A program made the translations under genes and the position numbers. A stretch of DNA of 63,607 nt, counting the filler, from Octopus bimaculoides (Eukaryota): NCBI RefSeq assembly GCF_001194135.2. It is 6 parts of 6 records of this genome, joined end to end, with 100 filler letters (N's around TTAATTAATTAA, not from the genome) between each part and the next. Parts side by side here need not be neighbours in the genome. Positions count along the whole stretch, not along the records: positions 1 to 11,810 come from NC_068984.1; 5 more parts are not named here. One strand, 5' to 3'. The notes under the pieces are model-generated. The model searched no databases. It saw only the letters and a list, made by a program, of their open reading frames with translations, and was not told where the DNA came from. Positions 1-11,810 of the stretch are shown in pieces. Positions within the stretch are counted from its first letter, which is position 1; each line of letters starts with the position of its first letter.

Positions 1-54
<54 letters not shown>

Positions 55-502
55 GTATGTATTTATATATATATATACCTCTCTCACTCTCTCTCTGGAT
101 GAAGGTTATTGTAATGTGTGTGTGTGTGTGTGTAATATGCCATTAATAACCTGCATGTATTGTGAAAGCTTAGCAGAGCACATCTAGCTGTCTCTGTCTT
201 TTTATCACTCTCTCTAACAATTGGAAACCATGGCTGTAGGTTACAAATGAAAGAAAAAAAAGCTCTATTATGAACTGCTGCTGTGTCACAAATTCTGTTT
301 GCCGGGTGCATTCCACCATTCATACATTCTCCCTAACAGATCTAAACAAAGATCTAAATATGTTTGAAATGTTTTAGACAAGAGGCTTTCTTCTTTTTCA
401 TTTTTTAAAATCAATTTTTTTTTTTAAACTCATTCTACTTTTTGTTTTTAAATAGAAAAAAAAAATAGTTTGGGTTTTACTAATGCATGTCTGTCCCAAC
501 AG

Positions 503-672
503 GTTCAAATATAAATACCATCCTGAAGAATGTTCCAAGCGAGAGGAGGATCAGCATGCTGCCCTTCGACGCCGGCTTGAGATCTTCTTGGAGCTGATGA
601 ACCAGAAAAGGGTTGATGCCTGCTCTGTTGATGTGGATAGATCTGATGATCTCATCAAACTGCTGGATGCTG
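503..672 (+). CDS. SRRT: Serrate/Ars2 internal exon 1 in window: (W)FKYKYHPEECSKREEDQHAALRRRLEIFLELMNQKRVDACSVDVDRSDDLIKLLDA
   Basis: ccaacAG acceptor at 501-502 and G|GTGGGT donor at 673; resembles the Ars2 WFRSKYHP...KMLDA segment; phase 2 in, phase 1 out. Confidence 0.93.
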
Positions 673-1764
673 GTGGGTGCAACACATTTACGCATCATAT
701 TTTGTTTCTGCATGCATTGTGGGAGATGTGGGCTGAATGAATCAATGAAGTGCTGCACTTCTGGACAAAAGAGTCAATGACATTTTTACTTGTAACCAGC
801 ATCATGTGCTGTTTACAGACAAACACTAATTAGCTGTTGGGCAATTCACTTTAATTATACATAGGTATGATAAGCATATATTTGTTCACAAAGTGTACTA
901 ACACTTATAAACACCATCACCAGTTTACTTCTGCTTTCCATGCTAGCAGGTGTTAGACATGTTATCATGGTTCAAGTCTTTATTCAAAGTGATCACTGTC
1001 CCAGATGGTCACTTTTTGTTTGTACATTTTATCTTTAATCTATTTACTGCAGCTGTCTGCCATCTGCTTTACAGAGCGTACCTGATGCAGTTAATCATGG
1101 TAGCTGCACCAGAGAGGTTGTCGTGTTCTTAACTCATTTGCTGCTACTTTATGTACTGTGCTAGATGCCATTTTATTCAGGCACCAGGACTTGTGAGGTT
1201 GCCGTGCACATTGTAAAACTGAAGAGAGTCCTCACTAAATAATATATAAGTGTTTCATTAGTTTGCAGTGCTGAATTCAAAATGTGTGATGTGGCTGAAG
1301 AAGGTACAGATTGGGTGTTTGCCTCTGTGTTGGACTGAGAAGAACTTGCACACTGTAAATGAGCTTAGTTTTTAATGTCAAAGTATTTGTTCTGATTTTG
1401 GTTGCTACAAAACATTCCATTCTTTATTTTGAAGGTATTTTTTACCTCTTCTGGAATGTAAAGTAAATATTTCAAGTGAGAGTGTTTTGATTGCTTTAAC
1501 CAGTTGTTATTTCATATTCTTCTCTTCCTTGTTGTTATGATTTTATGTCAGTTTTCTATGCTTATCATCCAAGCTCTTAATCTTTCATGGTTTTGCTCTG
1601 TAAAGTAGCTGGCAGGTGGGTAGAGATATGGGGGCACAAAATCCCTTTAGTCATGTTGAGGACAGGGCTACCTGTCTAGTGTTTATGCCTTGGAAAATTT
1701 GCTCAGTATACTCAGTAAAGTGTGAAGTTGTGAAGACACTTTAATCTTGTTGAGGATATGAAAC

Positions 1765-1985
1765 CTTTCTATGCTGGGGCCATAAAAAAAAGCACCCAAT
1801 ATACTGTAAAGTAGTTGACATCAGGAAGGGTATCCAGCTATAGAAACCAAACCAAAAATGAAATGTGAGGAAGATATGGCTTTCTGGCCTGACTAGGTGA
1901 GCAGTTTCCTGAAATATTTGTTGGCTCTGCTCATAACAACCTAACTCATGCCACCATGGAATGCTGATGTAAAATGATGAAGCTT
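1765..1985 (+). mobile_element. SINE family A, old copy (SRRT intron)
   Basis: aaagcaccc...ggaagggtatccagc...acctaactcatgccaccatggaa...gatga; CpGs lost. Confidence 0.65.
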
Positions 1986-2124
1986 CTTGATTAGTGTTAG
2001 TTATATGGCTTTACAATATGGTTAATCACTGCATGATATGACCCCACATTAGTTTATCTTTGAAACTAATATACTTAAGTCTGTCCTCTGCCACATGCTT
2101 GTATGTGTGTGAGTGTGTGTGTGT

Positions 2125-2181
<57 letters not shown>

Positions 2182-2213
<32 letters not shown>

Positions 2214-2470
2214 GTTTAACATCTGCCTTCCATGCTAGCAAGGGTTGGATGATTTGACTGAGGACTGGCGAACCAGATGGCTGCACCAGGCTCCAGTCTG
2301 ATCTGGCAGAGTTTCTACAGCTGGATGCCCTTCCTAACGCCAACCACTCTGAGAGTGTAGTGGGTGCTTTTACGTGCCAACGGCACGAAGTCCGGTCAGA
2401 CGGTACTGGCAAAGGCCATGCTCAAAATGGTGTTTTTTACATGCCACTTGCACAGGAGCCAGTCCAGCGG
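2182..2470 (-). mobile_element. SINE family A with (CAT)n tail
   Basis: (cat)n cgtttaac...ttccatgctagc...gtttctacagctggatgcccttcctaacgccaaccac. Confidence 0.85.
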
Positions 2471-2593
2471 CACTGGCAACGACCTCACTCATGTTACAAA
2501 CAAGAGTAAGAATATTCAATACATGTTGTTGAATATATTTATTCCTTCAAGATAGATCACTAACTTCATGATATATGTTGTTTTATGTTGTAG

Positions 2594-2720
2594 CTGTTAT
2601 CAAACTGGAAGGTGGTGATGACACAGACCTGAAGGTATTAGACGAACCTGAACTATCTGAAAAGGAGGAAGCCGCCCGTGCTTCAAATAATACAGAATCT
2701 CAAACCACCACAGAGAAAAA
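2594..2720 (+). CDS. SRRT: SRRT exon: AVIKLEGGDDTDLKVLDEPELSEKEEAARASNNTESQTTTEK
   Basis: ttgTAG acceptor and GTAAGT donor; G|CT restores the conserved AVIK(M/L)EGG motif; phase 1 to 2. Confidence 0.93.
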
Positions 2721-2864
2721 GTAAGTTAGCTTTCATACATGATTCGACCTGTGGACAGATGAAGGTATGTTAGAGATCTATCTGGATGATAGTGTGTTTT
2801 TGTTTTTGGTTGGTAGTGATCATTTAACCCTGACTGAGCAGACCTGTGAACAAATATGCTCCAG

Positions 2865-3110
2865 ATGTGGCCATCCATACTTTTTTACAGTTTTCCAAGT
2901 TTGCTTTCCAACCACATGATTTCAGGTTCATTTCCACTGTGTGTGTCTTCTGCTGCAGCCCTAGGCTGACCAAAACCTTGTGAGTGGATTTGTTAGATAG
3001 AAACTGAAAGAAACCCGTTACATACATACATACATATATATATATATATGTGTATATATATATACATATATATATATATATGTATGTATGTGTGTCCTTG
3101 TTCTGGCATT
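2865..3110 (+). mobile_element. SINE family B, decayed copy
   Basis: ccaaccacatg...gtcttctgct...ggctgaccaaaaccttgtgagtggattt...aaactgaaagaaaccc. Confidence 0.7.
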
Positions 3111-3426
3111 GCATGATTGTTGTAAATGAAGGTCACTGAGTTCCTTTTCTTTGTTTTGATCAAACTTGTTGCTCAGTCAGGCAAATCAGAGCAAGCAGTT
3201 TAGGTGGCTATCTGAAAGACAGAACATAGTTGTTGTGTAATGATCTAAATTTATGACCATATAGATGGTATGGCATATATATATTTGGATATATTAGTAG
3301 TGAAAGAAATTTAAAAATGCAGTTACTCTTCTAACATTTACTCTCAGTGTTGTTATACAGCTCGTTATGTAGGTGCCAGTTATTGAATTAGAGAAATTGT
3401 ATCAATGTTATTATTTTACATTTCAG

Positions 3427-3526
3427 AACTGAGGAACCAGCCAAAACCACTGCACAAAAGACCCCAGAACCTGCTGACCCTAAGAAGGATAAAGAGAAGA
3501 AAGATGAGAGTGAGAAGAAAGATGAT
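3427..3526 (+). CDS. SRRT: SRRT charged-linker exon: KTEEPAKTTAQKTPEPADPKKDKEKKDESEKKDD
   Basis: tttCAG acceptor and GTAAGT donor; open frame with phase 2 to 0 matching neighbours. Confidence 0.85.
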
Positions 3527-5232
3527 GTAAGTTGAAAAACTTTGTGTGAGTCTCTTCCCCAACTATTCCATTTATACATAGGGTTTTATGTTATCTGACT
3601 TTATATACTTTTTGCCTTACTTTTCATTTGCATGTATCTCTCTACCTTTCTATATAGTTGTCAGCCTGTCATGTCAATCATTATATCTGTTTATTATATT
3701 TCTGTTTCAGTCATTTTGTCAATCTAATTTGTCTGTCTCCATCTCCCTGTTTTTGATTCTTCCATCTGTATATTCATGTGGAAAGCTCAGTGATAGATTG
3801 TCTTACTGGTAAATGATGTAAATTCTTTTGTCCTGTTTTTGAAAGAGAGGGGGTGAGTGTAAAATGGTTTTTTCTAAGTTATGGTAGAATAAATAAAACA
3901 CCTGTTGCAGTTTTTCTGTCTGTTTTTTTTTTGCTTCCATGCTTGCTTTAGTGAGCTTCTCTCTATTAGTATTTAAATGGTACAGGCATTAATAGTAAGG
4001 AGTGCATCCAGCATTTGTAATCAGCTGTCTACTTCATTTCTTGGTGAGAATGTAGTCTATCTTGTTATTATGTCTACACAAGTAGTGGATGATTATGTGA
4101 GTAATTGATTTTCTGAAATTGGTTTTACAAATGGTTAGGTCATTTGCATTACTAAATTTCAAAAGTCTTGACTCTGCTTCATTTTTTTGCATCATAACTA
4201 GAGCCATCAGGTTCATCAGAATAGCCATACTGATACTGTCCAACATATGCATTAAAGTCACCAGATAACAAGGTCACTGTTGTCTCTTTTTGAGATGTGT
4301 GCAAAAGTGACTCATTATCTCAACCCTTTTGTTCATGCGAGTCCTACCTGGGGACTTGTGTCACCTATTACTTGTCTGTCTGATTCTATCACAAACTCAA
4401 TTATCTTGTTTATCCATTTCTCTTACTAACAGTATATCTTCACCACCCATTCTAAAATTGTTATGCACCCCTAAGAATTTGTACATGTATTCCTTGTCTG
4501 AGAGGAGTTTGGCTGAAGCTCCTTTCCTTCTTACTTCTTGTACACAGTACACATCATTTTGTCTTTTTTCTAGCATCTCTACAATCTTTCCAGATCTACT
4601 TTTCATTGTGCAACATTGATGGTGGGATCTGTAAGTTTCTGTGCATGAAAGGAAGAGGGCTTCTACTGCAGCTTGGTTGAGTGGGTTGTTGTATGTCTGT
4701 TTACACTTGCAAAAAAGAAAGTTGATGGGATCATTCAGTGATGACTGAGGGGTGATCAAACTTAGCTACTCCACTACTGCATGTGGCACTAACTTGGTAA
4801 ATGTTAGTCTTGTGTGGTAAATGCTTGTTTTGTGTATGGTTTTCCAATAATTTTGTCTCTCTCTCTTTCTGTCTGTCTGTCACTCACACAAACTGTGTGT
4901 GATGACAAAAGAGGTAGACCTTAATGTTGTTGGGAATAGAGGACTATATATTTATTGAATGATACCGTTATGGCGGCTTCAATTCAGGATTTGAAGTTTC
5001 TGTATCAATGATATGATAGTTGTTGCCCTTCTTCAACTCTTATAAGCCTAGTGCACAAGGCACCATCAATTATAAATACTGATGGTGCCACATGCACTGG
5101 GCTTATGATAGCTGAAGAAATGTGACAATTATTGTATTGTTGACACAGAAACTTCAAATCCTGAACTGAAGCCTCCATACCTGTATCATTCAATAAATAA
5201 ATGAATGAATATATATTATTATATTTTTATAG

Positions 5233-5340
5233 TCTCCAGAGTTTGCTGCAAAAAAAAATCAAGATGAATCACAGAAGAAATCGCCAGAATTTTCTAAGCA
5301 GAAACTCCCACAAACTGATGAAGATACTCCTTCTGAAACT
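5233..5340 (+). CDS. SRRT: SRRT linker exon: SPEFAAKKNQDESQKKSPEFSKQKLPQTDEDTPSET
   Basis: tttttaTAG acceptor and GTAAGT donor; 108 nt, phase 0-0, open frame. Confidence 0.78.
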
Positions 5341-6029
5341 GTAAGTACATCATATATAATAAAGAATATTCTAGTATTGTCTTTCTTTTCTTCAATTTCA
5401 TTTGATATTTATTTGTCTGTTTCTAATTATTCTGCTTCAATGTGGTTTGCACGGGCTGTAGAGTATTGAATTTGATAAATAAAATGCCTTCCACTATTTC
5501 TTTCTTTCTTGTATTGCATTAAAAGTTCACTGAGATAGACTAGCTATTCATCTTTCAAGATTCTGTGAAATAAGTGAAGTCAGTCTTATACTGATATGAA
5601 ATTAAATTGACTAATTAAATTTGTGGGGTTAGAAATGGTTATTTTTAACAATTTTCTTGCTGTATTGTGTGTTCACTTCTTTTTTTTCCATCTGTGATTC
5701 TATTTTTGATCTTCTATGTAAATGAAGATATTTCCTCCTTCTGGCTGCTTTTCTTTCTACAAAATGATAAGTTACATTGCGGAAATGTTATTTCAACAAG
5801 TTGTGTCTATCACCCGGTGAGATACATCTGCACCGCTGGATGCTCCTAAACCAGTTGCTGAGTGTCCCACCTACAAGGGATCCATGCTAGATGTGTTGAA
5901 ACAGTTGTGATTAATAATAAATTTTTGTATATTCCATCTTCCGTCTTTCATTTGCCATATATATATAAACATGGGATGAAGTGTTCAAGGCTGATCTCAG
6001 AATGCTGAACCTTATGAAGGAGATGGCAG

Positions 6030-6335
6030 AGGACCAAGATAAGTATTTGAGAAGACCCACCCACCACAACAGAATTGAGATCCTAAAAATGAGGTGCCTC
6101 ACAAAAAACGTTGGTGTGGGTGCTGGTGTCATGTAAAAAGCACTGATAATGGTGCCATATAAAAAGCACCCAGTATATTCTGTAAAGTGGTTGGCATTAG
6201 GAAGGGCACCAAACTGTAGAAACTGAGCCAAAACAGGTTATAGAACCTGGTGCAGCCCCTAGCCTTGTCAGTTCTTGTCAAGCTGTCCATTCCATACCAG
6301 CATGGAAATCTGACATTAAATGTTGATGATGATGA
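6030..6335 (+). mobile_element. SINE family A, old copy
   Basis: gtatttgagaagacc...aaagcacccag...ggttggcattaggaaggg...ccagcatggaa...gatgatgatg. Confidence 0.7.
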
Positions 6336-6947
6336 TGGTGATTTGTTTTTTTCATTTCTGTGTTCATACCCTGCCAGGGTTGATCAGCTTGTCTTATGTC
6401 CCTCTGGTCTCCATAGAATACTTAAACTGTATTCATTGTAACCCAGTTGTTACTATATTTCTGTTGAAACACACAGCCCGTGTCTCAATTTTAACTTGCT
6501 ACCTTCACCTATATATGCATATGAAGAAATTCCAATAATCCATTGTGTTGTCAGAGCCATTTTTTACTACCTATGTCATTGTTTGGTATGTCTCAGGTAC
6601 ATTAGCAAACTTGATCCCTCTCCAACTTATAAAATACATTTTCCATCTTCATTATCATGTTATGGTTTAACATCCGTTTTCCATGAAAGTATGGACTGGA
6701 CGGTTTGACAGGATCAAACAAGTCAAGGTGGGAAGGGAAATGAGAAGGAAAATATAGGGGGTCAATATCATTTACTCTCTGACCAAATTGTTATCACTAT
6801 TATTATTAGTACTGAAGAGAAATTTCACTTGGATATTTTTGTATTTAAAACATTACAGCATCTTGATTAAATACCTAAGTATATACATATTACATACTAG
6901 TAATGGCTGAAAAGTGGTATCTTTAATTTTTTTTTTCTGGTTTTCAG

Positions 6948-7062
6948 GAAACAGATAAAAAGACAAAAAAGAAGCGCCATCGTGACAAAACAGAGTACAG
7001 CTATGAGACTGGCTCCGAATCTGAGAGTGGATCAGATCCAGGGCCAGAACCTGCTCCTCCTG
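6948..7062 (+). CDS. SRRT: SRRT linker exon: ETDKKTKKKRHRDKTEYSYETGSESESGSDPGPEPAPP
   Basis: polypyrimidine tract plus ttttCAG acceptor, G|GTGAGT donor; phase 0 to 1; basic NLS-like run then Ser/Glu run. Confidence 0.87.
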
Positions 7063-7371
7063 GTGAGTAGTTTTACACTGTTAGAGATTATGTTCAATGT
7101 TTTGGACATTCATATTTGAATAGATGACTTGTAATACATTCATATTGAGTAATTTTGTTGTTGTTGTGAATGGAAAGTATCTACTATTTTGAAAAATAGC
7201 TGCTGCATCAGATCAGGCCAAAAAGAATGTGCATTACAGATGAGGTAACTTAAGATTGAGGCATGCTGTGAAGTTGCTGTGTTATAGTCTATTCCAACTC
7301 TTGTCAGTATGGTGGGGTTAGATGATGGAGAAGGCTAATGGTGATACAGTAGGTAAAGCAGTTTACATATA

Positions 7372-7765
7372 TCTGGCTGTGTGGTAAGAAGCTTGCTTCC
7401 CAACCATATGGTTCCGGGTTCAGTCCCACTGCGTGGCATCTTGGGCAAATGTCTTCTACTATAGCCTTGGGCTGACCAAAGCCTTGTGAGCGGATTTGGT
7501 ATATGGAAACTGAAAGAAGCCTATCATATATATATGTGTGTGTATCTTTGTGTCTATGTTTGTCCCCACACCACTTGACAACTGCTGTTAGTGTGTTTAT
7601 GTCCCCATAACTTAGCAGTTCAGTAAAAGAGAACAATACAATAAGTACCAGGCTTGGAAAAAAAAAATGTTCCGAGGTTGATCAATTCGACTAAAAACTT
7701 CAAGTTGGTGCCCCAGCTTGGCCGCAGTCTCACGACTGGAACAAACATAAGGTAAAAGATAAAAA
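7372..7765 (+). mobile_element. SINE family B (tRNA-like head, microsatellite centre, tail), CpG-decayed
   Basis: ggctgtgtggtaagaagcttgcttcccaacc...ggttcagtcccactgcgtggc...ttggccgcagtc. Confidence 0.85.
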
Positions 7766-8031
7766 AAAAGATGTGTGTTGTGAAAAGTTGGAGCAAAGTA
7801 TTGTTTACCACAGAATGAATAATAATTTTCAGCAACCTGTTTTACTGTTGGATCTACTGAACCAATCTGACTAAGAGGTAATGTACTGTATTAGAAGTGG
7901 TGGCCAATATATGGGGATTGCATAGCACAATACCTGAAGCAAAGTTGATGCTCAGGGCCTTATCCATGTCATGAATTATATTTTATTTGTGTTAAAACTC
8001 TAGCCATTGAGCATTTATGCCTGTGTTTATA

Positions 8032-8310
8032 ATCATCATCATTTAATGTCTGTTTTCCATGCTGGCATTGGTTGGACATCTTGACAGAAGCTGGTAAGGT
8101 CAGGGGCTGCACCAAGTTCCATAGTCTGTTTTTGCTTGGTTTCTATGGCTGGATGTCTTTCCTAATGTCAACCACCCGACAGAGTGTACTGAGTGCTTTT
8201 TATCTGGCACTAGCTCCTACACCTATGCTTTTTATGTGGCACTTTGGTTTTAGCATCTCAATTCCGTTGTGGTAGGCAGGTCTTCTCAAGTACAGCAGTG
8301 TGCCACATGT
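8032..8310 (-). mobile_element. SINE family A, old copy
   Basis: catcatcatttaatgtctgttttccatgctggc...ggtcttctcaagtac. Confidence 0.7.
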
Positions 8311-8820
8311 CTTAGTTCTCTGTCATCTTAACCTATTACCTACCAGTGATCTCATATGAGATCACTTAAAACTTAGAAATTTCATAATTATCTGTCAATA
8401 TTTACACATATCTAACCTTTTTGCTATATCTACTAGGTATATTTCTCTGGTATTCAAATGAGGTTTGCTAATTTTTCACTCAATATCTTGCTTATTTCTA
8501 TTTAAAATGTTATTTTGATCATTCCAGTGTGTTTCTAAGGCTGTTTTATGTTATAAATCAAAGTTTCATAAAAAAAATTCCAGTTAATAGAATTATGGGA
8601 GGTAACGGGTTAATTATTATTTGTTTAATTCCTTGTCTCTTTAATTTCCATGGAATCCTTACATAGTTGCATATCCAGGCATTTTAGAAATGATTTTAAG
8701 AGGAAAAAGAAAATTGCTCCAAAATGATGAAGTGTCCTGTGGCTAGTTTGCAGGCTGTTTGCTTTTGGGCAGAACAGGTACATAGGCAAAAGCTCAACTA
8801 CCAAATTCCCTTTTCTTTAG

Positions 8821-8964
8821 GCGTTGATGACCCTGATGCTGCACAGACTGAAGATGCCAGTGCCGAGGAGACAAAACAGCGTAACACTGAGGAAGAGGAA
8901 GAGGAGGAGGAAGAAGATGCTGGGAATGATAGCAGCAAAGCTGAGGAAAAGGAAAGCAAATCTG
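8821..8964 (+). CDS. SRRT: SRRT acidic linker exon: GVDDPDAAQTEDASAEETKQRNTEEEEEEEEEDAGNDSSKAEEKESKS
   Basis: ttttctttAG acceptor and G|GTAGGT donor; 144 nt, phase 1-1; lies inside ORF 8724..9023. Confidence 0.87.
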
Positions 8965-9634
8965 GTAGGTTTCTCTCTGATCTGTCTTTGAGATTTACTG
9001 AAGACAACTTAATTGATGGATAATACTAATTTGCATATTCCCCCCCCCCCCATTTTCTGTATATTTCCTTATATGCTCATTTCTTTTTGCTTTACTTTTT
9101 CTTAATGTGTTTCTCCTTTGCTTTTTCTTTCTGAGAATTGGATTGAGTGTGTCTGTACATTATGGTCATTTGTGATTGTGCACACACACACGCATGCTAA
9201 CCACATGAGCCTATGTATTCATTTTCACATGAATATGTGCATACATATTTACATATATTATTTACACCTAGGTTCACTCATCTATAAGCTTTCTTGTACA
9301 CACCTGCTCTGAGTCTATCACTTCATATACTGTTGTTTAACCCTAGGTCTAGCCTATTTGAGCAGATTTTGATTGAAGGTATTTTAGCAGGGACCATCCT
9401 ATGTTTTTCAGAATATCTAAGAATACATTATTGAAGGAAAATCTGACTGCTGTTTCTAGCAGTATCAGTGTTAGAAATAGCTGTCAAGTTTTTCTTAAAT
9501 GCTTTTTAAGTAGTTCCCTTGTTGGTTCATGACTCTTTATATTGTTAATGTCCAGCATAGAGAACATCAGAATAACCTGATTTAATTTGTTTAAAAAAAA
9601 ACAAACAACTCTATCTTTCCTCTTTTCTGTTTAG

Positions 9635-9777
9635 ATGAAAAAGACAAAGATGTTGATACTTCAGAGGAAAATGCTCAACGTAAAACTGAGAACCAGACGC
9701 CTCGAGCTTTGCATCGAACCTGTTCAATTTTTCTGCGAAACTTGGCCCCTTCTATTACAAAACAGGAAGTTGAAGGA
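9635..9777 (+). CDS. SRRT: SRRT exon, start of RRM: [48 protein letters not shown]
   Basis: tttctgtttAG acceptor and GTGAGT donor; [17 protein letters not shown] matches Ars2 PRPLHKTCSLFMRNIAP. Confidence 0.95.
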
Positions 9778-9842
9778 GTGAGTATACAACATTATTGTAT
9801 ATAGCTTGTCTTTTTGAGATAATGTACTGTATTTTGTGTTTC

Positions 9843-10090
9843 ATCATCATCATCATCATCGTTTAACGTCCGTTAGCATGGGTTGGACGATTTGACTGAG
9901 GACTGGCGGACCAGGTGGCTATACCAGGCTCCAATCTGATTTGGCAGAGTTTCTACAGCTGGATGCCCTTCCTAATGCCAACCACTCCGAGAGTGTTGTG
10001 GGTGCTTTTACGTGCCACCGGCACGAAGGCTAGTCAGGCGGTACTGGCAACGGCGACGCTCAAAATGGTGTATTTTACGTGCCACCTGCA
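9843..10090 (-). mobile_element. SINE family A, younger copy
   Basis: (cat)n cgtttaacgtccg...; CpGs retained. Confidence 0.85.
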
Positions 10091-10134
10091 CCTTTTACTT
10101 AAAAATATCAAAAATTAGATTATGCTGATGCCAC

Positions 10135-10337
10135 ATACAAAACGCCCATGCTGGTGCCACATAAAAAGCACCCAGCATACTCTTTAAAGTAGTTGGCTTT
10201 AGGAAGGACATCCTTCCTAACTTAGAAACCAGGCCAAATCAGACTGGAACCTGGTGCAGTACTCTAGTTTGCCAGCTCTGGTCAAACTGTCCTATCCATG
10301 CCAACATAGAAAACGGATGTTAAAGGATGATGATGAA
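10135..10337 (+). mobile_element. SINE family A, old copy, inverted relative to 9843-10090
   Basis: ggtgccacataaaaagcacccag...gccaaatcagactggaacctggtgcag...gatgatgatga. Confidence 0.7.
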
Positions 10338-11282
10338 TAGCCACAGGGGAACCCTGCCCTAGCAGTCTTGTAGCATGAATATATTCATGCCTAGATGAGG
10401 ATGATACTTATACACTTTAATAGGTATTGATGAATTGTATAGGGGGTATATGCTCTCCACTGTATTCCAGTATGTCTCTTCATTTTGATGGTGACCACAG
10501 AGGTAGGCTAAAAGGACGTGGTCAGAGCAGAACAGTTGCTGCTCCTCTGCTCTTATTCTTGACAGTGTGTATTCCAGCTCAGTGTTAGTGGGGCCTCAGT
10601 CAAGTTATTCATTTTGCACCTATTTCTCTGTGTATGTGTTCCTTATGTTTGTCCATGATGCATGGGAAAGATAGTGTTTTTAGGGTGTTATAGTAATTCT
10701 CTGAGTAATTGAATATGTGTTTCAGCCCTTTGTAGTTGGGCTTTTTTCATTCAGTAGAAGGACTGTAAAAATTAGTCACTGATGCTTAATCCTAGGATTA
10801 TCATTTTTGTCCTCGGTACAGTGCGTTCTTGCCCAAATTATCCAATGTGTATTTCTTTTTAAGACAAATGGGAGTGATTTGAAGGTGTTTGGCTGCTATT
10901 TCTAGCACGTCAAGTGACTATGTAGAGGCTACCTCAAGTAACTTTTTGGATTAGCATTTTGGAGCTAAATGTTTCTGCAGGTTCACTCATCTATATGGAT
11001 TATTGCAGATTATGCAGTGTATTTGTCATTATTAGTTATGCCCCTTCACATTCCAAATTCAAATATTGCTGTGACTAGTTGTAAAGTGGCTCTAAGTTTA
11101 CTGGGCCCCTGACTGCAGGGATACACTTTGAGTTTACTATAGTGTTTAGCTTAACTTTCCATATTTAAAGTTATTGCTGGGGTCTCTGCTTGAAATGTCA
11201 AAATTCACTTCTGAAAGCATACAAACTTATATTCTGTGAATGTGTACATTAATTAATTTTTTCTCGTTATTTTTGTTTTTAG

Positions 11283-11423
11283 ACTTGTCGACGTTATCCT
11301 GGCTTCATGAGAGTTGCACTTCAAGACCCACAGCCTGAACGCCGCTTTTTTAGGCGTGGCTGGGTTACTTTTGAGCGCTATGTCAACATAAAAGAAATCT
11401 GCTGGAACCTTAACAATATTCGT
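11283..11423 (+). CDS. SRRT: SRRT RRM exon: [47 protein letters not shown]
   Basis: tttttAG acceptor and GTAAGT donor; nearly identical to Ars2 [26 protein letters not shown]...[13 protein letters not shown]. Confidence 0.97.
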
Positions 11424-11571
11424 GTAAGTAGAATGTTGGTGTCTTTAATAAAACTGTAAATATCGTACAAGACTAAATGCCTATGTTCTGAGTTCTCTCC
11501 ATCAATCAACTTGATCTTCCATTATTGTCAAATTGCTGTACCCACCTGGTCAGCTTTGATCAAGTAGACCC

Positions 11572-11810
11572 ATCATCATCATCATCATCATCATCATCGT
11601 TTAACGTCCGCTTTCCATGCTAGCATGGGTTGGACGATTTGACTGAGGACTGGTGAAACCGGATGGCAACACCAGGCTCCAGTCTAATTTGGCAGAGTTT
11701 CTACAGCTGGATGCCCTTCCTAACGCCAACCACTCAGAGAGTGTAGTGGGTGCTTTTACGTGTCACCCGCACGAAAACGGCCACGCTCGAAATGGTGTCT
11801 TTTATGGGCC
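11572..11810 (-). mobile_element. SINE family A, young copy cut by the gap
   Basis: (cat)n cgtttaacgtccgctttccatgctagcatgggttggacg... Confidence 0.85.

Noticed and set aside
483-740. ORF 483..740 as a standalone 85-aa gene
   Set aside because: Only 503-672 is exonic SRRT; the rest is intron read-through.
8754-8820. Alternative upstream acceptors for the SRRT acidic exon (open ORF from 8724)
   Set aside because: The candidate AGs at 8753 and 8777 are 67 and 43 nt upstream, so both are out of frame.
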